Shown here in pieces: positions 26,783 to 34,572 of a stretch of 39,390 nucleotides of DNA; the stretch's first letter is position 1, and the number at the start of each line of letters is the position of its first letter. Under the pieces are notes generated by a model that did no database searches, had not been told where the DNA came from, and saw only the letters and a list, made by a program, of their open reading frames with translations. The stretch spans positions 1 to 39,390 of the IMG/VR virus record IMGVR_UViG_3300014208_000077; one strand, 5' to 3'. The position numbers and the translations under genes were made by a program. Origin of the DNA: a virus (taxonomy: Duplodnaviria; Caudoviricetes).

Positions 26783-28171
26783 TCACCAGTTCTGGTTTTC
26801 CCAAGCGGGTGTTCGCCCACGTGGCTGTTTCGCTGCTGGCACATCAGTCCTGTTCGTTTCTTGTGGGATCTGAGCATCTGGTCCCACCGGGTACAAAGCC
26901 CCCTGATCAGGAATGGCTCCATCAATCGGGGTGCCCGGGATCGGGCGGATGCTGTAGCGTGTTTCGGGCCAGGGGTAGTCTGCCACCCCATCAATAGGCA
27001 CTTGGTATCTGATGTCGCCTTCATCAAAGAAAGCGATGTTGAAATGTTGCTGTAGCAGATTTCCTCGATTTGTGGGTCGTCGCACGGGCCCCACCGAGTA
27101 ACGCTCATTGGTCTGCTTGACGATGAAGTCCCTTTGAGTCAGCACCGGTGTTGGCCCAGTCCACACCTCATAGGTGTGTTCCGTACGTCGTCCTGTGGGT
27201 CCTTGTGAGATCCGACGCTCTGCATCATCCGGGGCAATGATCGTATCATAGGGCCCCTCGTATCCGCCAACGTAGCCCGCCCCGTAGCAGATAGGGCAAC
27301 GTTGGGATGCCTGTCGAGCAAAGGCTCGAGTTCGAGGGTCAAGACGACACGTACAGGGAACTCCTGCCTGGCGACGAATGAAGATCTTTACCCGTTCCCC
27401 ACCCTGCTGCAAGATCCAGGAGTTTCTCCTGACGGCTTCCCGCCAGATGTAATCCATAGACTCGACAGCAACGGTTGTGATGGGCTGGCAGTAAGAAAGA
27501 TCCGTCTCGACATAACCACTGGGAGTGGTGGCATCTAGAGCCACTGTGGTGAGTCGGTATGTGGTGAAAGCCCCCAACCCGGAACGAATGAAGTTACGAT
27601 TCGTGTAGTACTGGATCACAACAGCAGAATCCACCGTTGGCAGGACTGCCGGGACATTCTGTTCCGTGACCTGATCAAAGGTTGGCTGGTTGATCAGTAC
27701 CACATCTCCGGTAGGCCCAAAAATGCTATGAACCGGAACCTCAACCCCATCAATGGTCAAGGTCACATCAGAGGGTGAGTTTCCAGGAGTGGGCTTCTGA
27801 AAGGGAGCAATGGATCGTTGCTTGTTGATGGGCTGCTGAGTGCGGAACATCCACATCCGGCTGTTTGGGGCATTTGCCTGGAACATCCAACGATCCCAGG
27901 AAATGACCTCCTGAACAAGAACATTGTCCGTGCGATCCCGATAGAAACCCCCACCTACTGGTGCTGAATTGATCCTAAAGAAAGGGCCTCTGTCGGAGAC
28001 ATCTGAACGATAGACGTTGACACCAACGACATGGTAGGCTGCGTTCCCAGCCAGGATAGAGGGGTCATCCCAGCGGATGTCCAGCACACCTTGAGTGAAA
28101 GGGGAGATTACCTGCCCATTCATAGGTGGCAGAGGTTGATCCCCTGCACCGGGAGACCATCCCTGGGTCAC
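26783..28171 (-). CDS. Neck/head-closure protein with FN3-like N-terminus and Zn finger
   Basis: 462 aa. LDIRWDDP...VVGVNVYRS...INSAPV...YRD is FN3-like. GGERVKIFIRR..GVPCTC...RCPICYGAGYVGGY resembles myovirus neck proteins. Confidence 0.65.
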   Translation of the reverse strand: MTQGWSPGAGDQPLPPMNGQVISPFTQGVLDIRWDDPSILAGNAAYHVVGVNVYRSDVSDRGPFFRINSAPVGGGFYRDRTDNVLVQEVISWDRWMFQANAPNSRMWMFRTQQPINKQRSIAPFQKPTPGNSPSDVTLTIDGVEVPVHSIFGPTGDVVLINQPTFDQVTEQNVPAVLPTVDSAVVIQYYTNRNFIRSGLGAFTTYRLTTVALDATTPSGYVETDLSYCQPITTVAVESMDYIWREAVRRNSWILQQGGERVKIFIRRQAGVPCTCRLDPRTRAFARQASQRCPICYGAGYVGGYEGPYDTIIAPDDAERRISQGPTGRRTEHTYEVWTGPTPVLTQRDFIVKQTNERYSVGPVRRPTNRGNLLQQHFNIAFFDEGDIRYQVPIDGVADYPWPETRYSIRPIPGTPIDGAIPDQGALYPVGPDAQIPQETNRTDVPAAKQPRGRTPAWENQNW

Positions 28172-28186
28172 TTGCCATCTCCCAGA

Positions 28187-28522
28187 TCACGCCTTGGGAG
28201 GAGTCTCCGGCGTGGTCCTGATGGTTCCATCTGGTGCAATCCGGCACGGGGTGCCTTCGGCAATCCCCAACCGCTTCGCCACACCAGCCAGAACCTGCTG
28301 TGCCTGCTGTTCCGTTGCATCCAAAGCGCCGAGCATCCGGGCTTTGCGAACCTCCAGCTGCCCGATCTCCATCGTGATCTGTTCCGTGCGCTGCCTCAAG
28401 AATCCCAGCTGAGCCTGCTCCTGCGGTTCCATCTTGCCGAGCAGAGTGGGATCCGCAGGGGGCTCCCCAGCAACTTCAGGAATGCTCTCAGGGGCAACGG
28501 GCTGCGTGGTATCTTCACTCAT
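28187..28522 (-). CDS. Small coiled-coil hypothetical protein
   Basis: ATG 28522 with SD GGAGG (MSEDTTQPV). Heptad-rich centre. Confidence 0.65.
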   Translation of the reverse strand: MSEDTTQPVAPESIPEVAGEPPADPTLLGKMEPQEQAQLGFLRQRTEQITMEIGQLEVRKARMLGALDATEQQAQQVLAGVAKRLGIAEGTPCRIAPDGTIRTTPETPPKA

Positions 28523-28555
28523 CTGAACCTCCAGTATACGAACCAATGCAGCACC

Positions 28556-28774
28556 TTACCCAAGATCCTCCTCATTCGCATCAAGTCCTTGCATCATTGC
28601 CCAGCCTGTCCGACGAAGCCTGACCAGGAAATTCGGCAAGATCGACCCTAATTTGTCCTGCAGCACCAGTTGCTTGGGAGGAGATACTGTGGCGGGCAAC
28701 CGGGTAAAAGACCAGTAGGTGTTCCCATCAGCATCTACGTACTCAAAAACTCGGGGAACAGATGCCTTCTTCAT
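28556..28774 (-). CDS. Small hypothetical protein, first gene of neck operon
   Basis: ATG 28774 with SD GGAGG (MKKASVPRVFEY), directly downstream of the late-type promoter motif. Confidence 0.6.
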   Translation of the reverse strand: MKKASVPRVFEYVDADGNTYWSFTRLPATVSPPKQLVLQDKLGSILPNFLVRLRRTGWAMMQGLDANEEDLG

Positions 28775-28804
28775 CCAGGTGCCTCCAAACCCAAGCACTC
28801 CTGA

Positions 28805-28820
28805 ATATAGGCGACCTATC
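28805..28820 (-). promoter_or_regulatory. Putative phage late promoter (TAR-N6-TATA) for the neck operon
   Basis: GATAG-GTCGCC-TATAT. Confidence 0.6.
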
Positions 28821-28828
28821 GCTGAGCA

Positions 28829-28854
28829 GGCTTAGCCCGCAGTACCCCGGAGTA
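28829..28854 (+). promoter_or_regulatory. Putative promoter GGCTTAG-N13-GGAGTA (copy 1)
   Basis: Exact bipartite motif just upstream of the AGGAGG SD of 28877. Identical boxes and spacing at 30551 and 32480. Confidence 0.65.
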
Positions 28855-28876
28855 GTTATCCTAGGAGGAACCTAAG

Positions 28877-29221
28877 ATGCTGAACACCGAGCATTTCGTG
28901 CTGCTGGCTGGGAACTCGGACAAGTGGGACGAGGAAACCCAGCGTCGGGTCAAGGCTGGGGAGAGCCTCCCCAACGTGCAGATCAACCAGCACGGTCGGG
29001 GCAGGTGCAGCATCCAGCTGGTGGAAACCATCTACGGCTGGTCGATCCGCTATGCCTCCGGGCTGAACGGGTTCGGCATCCTCTGGGGATCCCGGATGGC
29101 AGGTCGGAAGGTCACCCGGGACGAGGCGATCGAGTGGGGGAAGCGCTGGGTGGCGGAAGATCCCGGCCACCGGGAGTTCTTCGCCTACAAGACCGACATG
29201 GAGAAGGAGGACAAGCCGTGA
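28877..29221 (+). CDS. Hypothetical protein
   Basis: 114 aa, SD AGGAGG, strong G/C third-position bias. Confidence 0.75.
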   Translation: MLNTEHFVLLAGNSDKWDEETQRRVKAGESLPNVQINQHGRGRCSIQLVETIYGWSIRYASGLNGFGILWGSRMAGRKVTRDEAIEWGKRWVAEDPGHREFFAYKTDMEKEDKP

Positions 29222-30195
29222 GGGAGAAGTACTACAAGATCGGCAAGGATGGGTCGCTCTTCTACGGCACCATGGCGCAGTTCGAAGACTGCTTCGGTGG
29301 GGTCGGGAAGCATGAGTCTGGGGTCATGAACTTCGCCCGTGCCCAGGGGGAGACCGTCGAGATCCTCCTGGGGGATGACGGGATCAACCTCACGGAGCTG
29401 AACTTCGCCCACGGCTTGGAGGGCGGCGGCTACTCCTTCGAGGCTCCGCCCGAGGCTCTGGATGAGCTGGGGGTGGTCGTCTGGGATGACCCGGATCCTG
29501 ACACGATGCCCTGGGTCAAGGATGGGGAGTTCGACTACGACGACGTGCTGTGCCCACTGTACGCCTTCGCCCCCAACACAGGTCACTTCGCAGCCACGGA
29601 GTGGCCCACCCGATACGTGGACGGGGACAGCACCTACGTGCTGCTCACCCAGGGCTCATTGAACGAGACCGAGCACGACTGCCAGTGCCACGGCAAGCTG
29701 GTGCCCTCCAAGGACACGAAAGCAGCCCTCACCGTTCAGGAAATCCTCAAGCTGGTCGACGCTGGTATCGAGGTGCCCTTCGACAAGCTGGGGGAGAACT
29801 GGCGGGACAAGGAAGTTGCCTGGGAGTACACGGGCAACACGATGGACAAGCCTTACCCCCTCTGTCCCCACTGTGAGGGGGATGGGTACGTGTCCTGCAT
29901 CGGGGGGGAGTGGGCGCTCTACGGGATGGTTCCCGACAACGAGTTCGACACGGACGAGGCAGAGTACGTCGGAAACGGGCGGGACGGAGTGTACTACCAG
30001 ACGCAGGAGTACTGCGGGAAATACTTCGTGACCGCAATGGTGGACAGCGAGTCGGGGCACTTCACGGAGGACATCCTGACCAACGATGGCTCCTATGACA
30101 CCGAGCAGGAAGCCAACGACGTCGGGCTGGCTGCTGCCACCGACTGGTGTGAAGAGAACGACGTCGACACCACCGAGAAAGGAGAGGACGACTGA
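29218..30195 (+). CDS. Highly acidic hypothetical protein with split Zn-finger (CxC...CxxCxGxG)
   Basis: True start GTG 29218 (SD AAGGAGG, GTGA overlap), 325 aa. HDCQCHG...LCPHCEGDGYV. Very Asp/Glu-rich. Confidence 0.75.
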   Translation: MREKYYKIGKDGSLFYGTMAQFEDCFGGVGKHESGVMNFARAQGETVEILLGDDGINLTELNFAHGLEGGGYSFEAPPEALDELGVVVWDDPDPDTMPWVKDGEFDYDDVLCPLYAFAPNTGHFAATEWPTRYVDGDSTYVLLTQGSLNETEHDCQCHGKLVPSKDTKAALTVQEILKLVDAGIEVPFDKLGENWRDKEVAWEYTGNTMDKPYPLCPHCEGDGYVSCIGGEWALYGMVPDNEFDTDEAEYVGNGRDGVYYQTQEYCGKYFVTAMVDSESGHFTEDILTNDGSYDTEQEANDVGLAAATDWCEENDVDTTEKGEDD

Positions 30196-30557
30196 TGGGC
30201 ATCGAGCACACCGTCACCCTACACCGATCGGATGCCCTCCAGCGCATCCGTGAGGGCTTGTCCAATTTCCGGGGCTTCAGTCAGGCAAAGCTGACCCCAA
30301 TCATCAACTTCATCACTCCCGAGAGTGAGGTCACGTTCAAGGTGATGGCGGATCAGGTCTACAGCACCCTGCGGGAGAACGGGCTGGGGGATGCCTGCCA
30401 GATGAAGCGATCCACTGCCCTGCTACTGCTTCAGGATGGAGTGGATCGCCTGGACAGCATGGACAACGACGAGCTTGAGATGTGGGTCTATGCCCTCCGA
30501 GACACCATCTTCGAGAACTACAACGTTGTTGACGACATTGTAGAGATCGAGGCTTAG
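30195..30557 (+). CDS. Hypothetical protein with internal repeat
   Basis: 120 aa, TGATG-coupled. LHRSDALQRIREGL resembles MKRSTALLLLQDGV. Confidence 0.7.
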   Translation: MGIEHTVTLHRSDALQRIREGLSNFRGFSQAKLTPIINFITPESEVTFKVMADQVYSTLRENGLGDACQMKRSTALLLLQDGVDRLDSMDNDELEMWVYALRDTIFENYNVVDDIVEIEA

Positions 30558-30576
30558 ACCGGATCAGCCCGGAGTA
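30551..30576 (+). promoter_or_regulatory. Putative promoter GGCTTAG-N13-GGAGTA (copy 2), upstream of a non-coding structured segment
   Basis: AGGCTTAGACCGGATCAGCCCGGAGTA matches copy 1 at 22 of 27 positions. Confidence 0.6.
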
Positions 30577-30582
30577 CTGTCA

Positions 30583-30735
30583 TCACAAAGGGCAATGAAG
30601 CCGAGCAGTTAGCCCTGGATGCTCGGGGGAGCCCAACAAAGGGACGCAGCCACCGGGAAATCCCACCAACCCGGGTGGCGAAGAAAAAGGAGGGGAAGGG
30701 GCGGCAGGGGAAACCAGGCTGCCCCTTCGGAGTTC
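30583..30735 (+). ncRNA. Candidate structured small RNA (three hairpins separated by A/G-rich linkers)
   Basis: Stems at 30601-30626, 30649-30679 and 30695-30728. ACAAAGGG precedes stems 1 and 2, and AAAAAGG precedes stem 3. A G-U pair in stem 3 works only on the + strand. A promoter motif sits directly upstream. The first ATG gives only MKPSS*. Confidence 0.5.
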
Positions 30736-31392
30736 TTACAGGCTGGGTTTCACTGTAGGATCTTTCACCCAACCTGACAGCCTAACAACCCACTCTCTAA
30801 AAGCCTCCAATGTGAGATCCGCTTTTGCTCTGTTACAAATCGGGCAACATGGCACCACGTTGCCTTCTTCATAACCTTTTTCTGAGTCCACCCGATCCAA
30901 ACCATTATAGAATAGGGAATCCTCACTCACGGTATGGTTCACACGTTTGTTGTAGGGAGGCACCCCACAATAGGTACAAGGCAATTTAACCAACTGCTCA
31001 AAACGACTAAGGGTCAGAGAAAAAGATTTCCCCTTACGAAGTGCCCGTTTCCGATAAACATCAAGGAGAGAATTAAGAAGGGTCCCTTCACCCTTATACA
31101 GAGGGGACGCCCTACCTTTCCGCACCAGCAAGGCATTTTTTTGGTTCTGTTCCCGTTTGATGCACCCACAACTACGAACTCCTCCCGGCTCCCGCTGCAA
31201 CGCAGTTGTGTAGGTTTCTTTTTGACCACCACAATCACATTGACACAACCAGAATCTTCGAAGTTTCTCAGATGGTGATGGGCTACGAGAAAGCAACTCC
31301 TCTACCACCACAAGACGTCCGAATCTTTCCCCGATCAGGGACCAATTAGGTTTCATAGGTGGGTTTTTAGCTCGAAGAAACGAACTAGTCAA
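30736..31392 (-). CDS. HNH-type (homing) endonuclease
   Basis: LIGERFGRLVV...WLCQCDCG...SCGC, then PCTYCG...NGLDRVDSEKGYEEGNVVPCCPICNRAK. Alternative ATG at 31356. Confidence 0.85.
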   Translation of the reverse strand: MTSSFLRAKNPPMKPNWSLIGERFGRLVVVEELLSRSPSPSEKLRRFWLCQCDCGGQKETYTTALQREPGGVRSCGCIKREQNQKNALLVRKGRASPLYKGEGTLLNSLLDVYRKRALRKGKSFSLTLSRFEQLVKLPCTYCGVPPYNKRVNHTVSEDSLFYNGLDRVDSEKGYEEGNVVPCCPICNRAKADLTLEAFREWVVRLSGWVKDPTVKPSL

Positions 31393-31744
31393 GACCCAAT
31401 CTCACACCACCGGATGCAACCCAAGGGTGGGCAGGTCCCAACCCCCGACACCACTTGGAATCTGTGACCGTCCAGGCGATACGCCCCGTCCCTCGCTTGC
31501 CATGCTTCAAGGCGTACTCCGCCTTCATAGCCTCGGTCTGCCCCACGTACGGCCCGTAGAGGGCTCGGGGCACCCAGGGACGGTGCTTGGCAGTGTACTT
31601 GCCCCCACCCTGGATCTCCCCGTTGTGCTGGCGAATGCGGCGACACGGATCGGTCGTGCAACCCACGTAAAAGAACCCGGGCTTGTTACCGGGTCGTTTC
31701 TCCAAGGATTGTACGACATATACCCACCAGAGACTGTCAGCCAC
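31385..31744 (-). CDS. GIY-YIG nuclease (SLX1/UPF0213-like)
   Basis: WVYVVQS...FYVGCTTDPCRRIRQHNGEIQGGGKYTAKHRPW...AMKAEYALK. GTG 31744 overlaps the upstream stop. Confidence 0.88.
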   Translation of the reverse strand: MADSLWWVYVVQSLEKRPGNKPGFFYVGCTTDPCRRIRQHNGEIQGGGKYTAKHRPWVPRALYGPYVGQTEAMKAEYALKHGKRGTGRIAWTVTDSKWCRGLGPAHPWVASGGVRLGLD

Positions 31745-32450
31745 CTGCCTGTGATCTACGCACGAGACCCTCCCATACCCGCAGAGCAAACTTTCGCTCG
31801 GGTATGGAGCATTCTACCCAGGCATCAACCAGCTCGGGAATCCTGCTGAAATTGGCAAGAAAAACCTGAGTAACACCAATGGGCGTCATCTCCTGTGCTT
31901 GAGCACGATAGAGCAAAGATCTCCAATCCATCAGAATCTGATTCTCCCGATCCTTCGGGAGGTGCTCCCAGGCATCCGGGAGACGCTGCCGAACGTCACC
32001 CGCCAGCACTCCCACCAAGGAGTTCGTACGCTGTAAGGCGACTGCCTTATCGGGGGTGCTCAGGAAAAGTCCCGACCGAAGATCCTGAACCTCCTGACAA
32101 GCTCTGCAACTCTCGGTGCGCTTCTTTTTGGACTCCCAGCGAGGACACTCGAAGGGGACTTCCTTGGAGCTACTGGGGCTGGAAAACACCCTGCACCCAC
32201 AATCAGTGCAAGTGTGCACCAAGGTCACACAAGTCCCTGAAGGGTTGCAGGTGCGGGCACCTTCACTCCAGATGCTGTTCATACAAGGGATGAGGTGAGG
32301 GCACTCCTTACAAGGAGCATACTCGTTCGCCGAAGTGAGCCCATTTCCCGTATCCAGAATCTCTAGAGCCTCGATCTCCATCACGACTGCCATTTTTCTA
32401 TGCGAGGACTCATCCTCAAACCAGAACGTCTGCTTAGTCCAGTCCGTCAT
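31737..32450 (-). CDS. Cys-rich hypothetical protein (multiple CxxC)
   Basis: True start ATG 32450 with SD AGGAGG (MTDWTKQ), 237 aa. CKEC, CTDC and CRAC motifs. Confidence 0.65.
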   Translation of the reverse strand: MTDWTKQTFWFEDESSHRKMAVVMEIEALEILDTGNGLTSANEYAPCKECPHLIPCMNSIWSEGARTCNPSGTCVTLVHTCTDCGCRVFSSPSSSKEVPFECPRWESKKKRTESCRACQEVQDLRSGLFLSTPDKAVALQRTNSLVGVLAGDVRQRLPDAWEHLPKDRENQILMDWRSLLYRAQAQEMTPIGVTQVFLANFSRIPELVDAWVECSIPERKFALRVWEGLVRRSQAGG

Positions 32451-32479
32451 AGATCCTCCTCGGGATCTTCTACTCCGGG

Positions 32480-32505
32480 GGCTTAGAATGACTGCGGGGG
32501 GAGTA
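32480..32505 (+). promoter_or_regulatory. Putative promoter GGCTTAG-N13-GGAGTA (copy 3) for the tRNase Z operon
   Basis: GGCTTAG-AATGACTGCGGGG-GGAGTA, 35 nt before ATG 32541. Confidence 0.65.
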
Positions 32506-32540
32506 CCTGATCCCGTGGCGGTAGTCCACAGGGAAAAGCT

Positions 32541-32819
32541 ATGTCCTTGAATATCATCCGAGTAGACGCTACCAGCGCTTGGCTGCCCAATGTAGGCATG
32601 GCGCAGAAGCGCACGGGTGGCTGGTTTGCTAGCCACAGTGGCTATGCGGACTTCCTGGACAAGGTCCCACCCGTGGTGGGCCCTTGCCCCTCAGCCCAGG
32701 CAGCCTTCAAGCAGCTGCTTGCCCTGACGGACAAGAAGATCCTCTGGGCTGCTCTGTGCAATAGCTGCGATGCAACGGGATGCACTTCCCCGTGTTCAAC
32801 CCTGGGGGAGGATGAATGA
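32541..32819 (+). CDS. Small hypothetical protein, Cys-rich C-terminus
   Basis: 92 aa, ATGA-coupled to tRNase Z. CNSC...C...C. Confidence 0.6.
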   Translation: MSLNIIRVDATSAWLPNVGMAQKRTGGWFASHSGYADFLDKVPPVVGPCPSAQAAFKQLLALTDKKILWAALCNSCDATGCTSPCSTLGEDE

Positions 32820-33646
32820 ACCTCGCTGGCATGGAAATCATTGGGCACTCCATCAGTGGGTCGAGCACCTGCCTGGTACTCCCAGCGGAAAAGCTCGTCC
32901 TGGATCTCGGGTACCCAGAGGAGGCAGCATTCCGTTGCCCTACAGTGCTGATCTCACACCCACATGTGGATCACATTGCATCCATGGCGTGGCACTGCTC
33001 CCTCCGGGATCTGATGAGGATGCCAGAGCCGACCTACATTGTCCCCCCGGAAATCGTGGGCGATGTGCAGGGGCTGCTGGACGCCTGGCGCAAGCTGGAC
33101 AAGTCTCCTTTCCCCTGCAAGGTCGTCGGGCTTGCCCCTGGGGCAAGGATGCCCGTGGGCAAGGGTCTCCAGGCACAGGCGTTCCGCACCCCGCACCGAG
33201 CCGTGGCAAGCCAGGGCTATGCCCTGTTCCGCACCAAGTCGAAGCTCAAGGCTGAGTTCGCTGGCGTGGACGGGCAGGAAATCGGGCGGCTCAAGCGGTC
33301 AGGCGTTCAGGTCACGGATGAAGTCGAAACCCTGGAGCTGGCGTGGACGTCGGACACCAAGGCGGAGATCTTTGAGCAGGAGCCCTGGATCCTCCAGGCG
33401 GAGAGACTCATCCTGGAATCCACTTTCGTCACGGACGAGAATTCAATTGAGGAGGCAAAGCTCAAGGGGCACACGCATCTGAAGGAGATCATTGCCCGTG
33501 CGGATCAGCTGACCGTGCCCAAGAGCATCCTGCTGACCCACTTCTCGGCTCGTTATGTGGACTGGGAAATCCCGAAGGCTATGGAGCAGCTGCCGGAAGG
33601 ACTCAAGGACAGGGTGCAGTGGATCACGAAGGGGCTGAAAAGCTAA
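32816..33646 (+). CDS. rnz: tRNase Z (short form, TM-type) metallo-beta-lactamase-fold ribonuclease
   Basis: HxHxDH (SHPHVDH), TPHR..SQGY, flexible arm KLKAEFAGVDGQEIGRLK, TSDT, LILESTF, GHTH and THFSARY. Confidence 0.85.
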   Translation: MNLAGMEIIGHSISGSSTCLVLPAEKLVLDLGYPEEAAFRCPTVLISHPHVDHIASMAWHCSLRDLMRMPEPTYIVPPEIVGDVQGLLDAWRKLDKSPFPCKVVGLAPGARMPVGKGLQAQAFRTPHRAVASQGYALFRTKSKLKAEFAGVDGQEIGRLKRSGVQVTDEVETLELAWTSDTKAEIFEQEPWILQAERLILESTFVTDENSIEEAKLKGHTHLKEIIARADQLTVPKSILLTHFSARYVDWEIPKAMEQLPEGLKDRVQWITKGLKS

Positions 33647-34560
33647 GACCAGTAGTCCAGCGCATTGATCGTCTTCGGGAACTTGTACTCGTTGAGGTAC
33701 GACTTCACGTACTTTCGCAGAGCTGCAAGCATGACGGTCTCAGGCTCCCCGTCCGCTGCACCCCACTTGGCGTAGGTGTTGAGTACCTTCTGCATCCGTG
33801 CCCGAAGTTTCCGCACCAGGGCTTCGTTTTTGGCATCCGTATTGGCAGGAGTGATGTTTCTCCCAGCCATTGTCAGGATTGTAGCCGTAGCCGTAGCCAG
33901 AGCCTTAGCAACCCTACCTGCCCCCGGTGAATCGTAGATCTGCCAGGACATAGTGTCCTGGGGGATTAGATTGGAGGGAACCGCCGGGGGTGCCCATTTC
34001 TTCTCCTCCTGGATCACAGGAGGTGCTGGCTTCACCCGGGGATTCACACCAAGAATCTCCCAGAACCTTGCCGTGCAAGCTTCTTCAACAAGCCCACCGA
34101 AGGTCTGGATCTTGGCTTTTGCCCACTTCCAGTTACTGGCAAAAACTGGGTTGTCGGAGGCGCTGAATTTCCCATGTGCCAGCTTCCAACCCGTGTACGC
34201 CAGGCTGACTGCTGTATTGGGGTCTTTGATCCGACTTGCCCAGGAGTGCAGCTTTGACGCCGAGGTAGCTTCCTTGTTGTACAGGTTTTCCAATGCCAAG
34301 AAGGTTTTCTCGGACGTGTCCTCCGCCTGAAGTCGATTCATCCGGAAACCTGTAAGCCTGGAGTATTCTTTCCAGGCTTCTTCGTGCTCAGGAGAATCCT
34401 CTGGGGAATCTCTCCACCTCTGCCCAGCAGCATCTCGGAGCTTCATGTACTCTTGGTACAGCGTAAACTCGGAGCCCGCCTGACGCAAAATAGGTACGAG
34501 GTGCTTCCTCAACTCAGGATGCTCTGAAGCCAGCTTCAGGATGTTCTCACGCAATGACAT
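33643..34560 (-). CDS. Late hypothetical protein with N-terminal LRxxxxKLASExPxLRKHLxPxLR motif (possible internal head protein)
   Basis: 305 aa. Starts MSLRENILKLASEHPELRKHLVPILRQAG. SD AAGGAG. Confidence 0.7.
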   Translation of the reverse strand: MSLRENILKLASEHPELRKHLVPILRQAGSEFTLYQEYMKLRDAAGQRWRDSPEDSPEHEEAWKEYSRLTGFRMNRLQAEDTSEKTFLALENLYNKEATSASKLHSWASRIKDPNTAVSLAYTGWKLAHGKFSASDNPVFASNWKWAKAKIQTFGGLVEEACTARFWEILGVNPRVKPAPPVIQEEKKWAPPAVPSNLIPQDTMSWQIYDSPGAGRVAKALATATATILTMAGRNITPANTDAKNEALVRKLRARMQKVLNTYAKWGAADGEPETVMLAALRKYVKSYLNEYKFPKTINALDYWS

Positions 34561-34572
34561 GTGAGGGTCTCC

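Noticed and set aside
1-28800. Extracellular contractile injection system or tailocin
   Set aside because: Neck/head-closure and gp10-like genes, homing nucleases and phage-style promoter classes favour a genuine phage. Capsid genes are outside the window, so this is not proven.
28924-29217. N-terminal extension of the 423-aa ORF
   Set aside because: Overlaps the 114-aa gene. A GTG with AAGGAGG at 29218 is the better start.
30554-30772. 72-aa minus-strand ORF; also tRNA, hammerhead, pistol or CRISPR mini-array readings of the hairpin region
   Set aside because: The ORF overlaps the HNH end and is not protein-like. There is no cloverleaf or TTCG T-loop, no CUGANGA/GAAA core, and the repeats are too short and degenerate for CRISPR.
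32451-32636. N-terminal extension of the 299-aa ORF
   Set aside because: Covers the divergent promoter region and the 92-aa gene. ATG 32450 has a strong SD.
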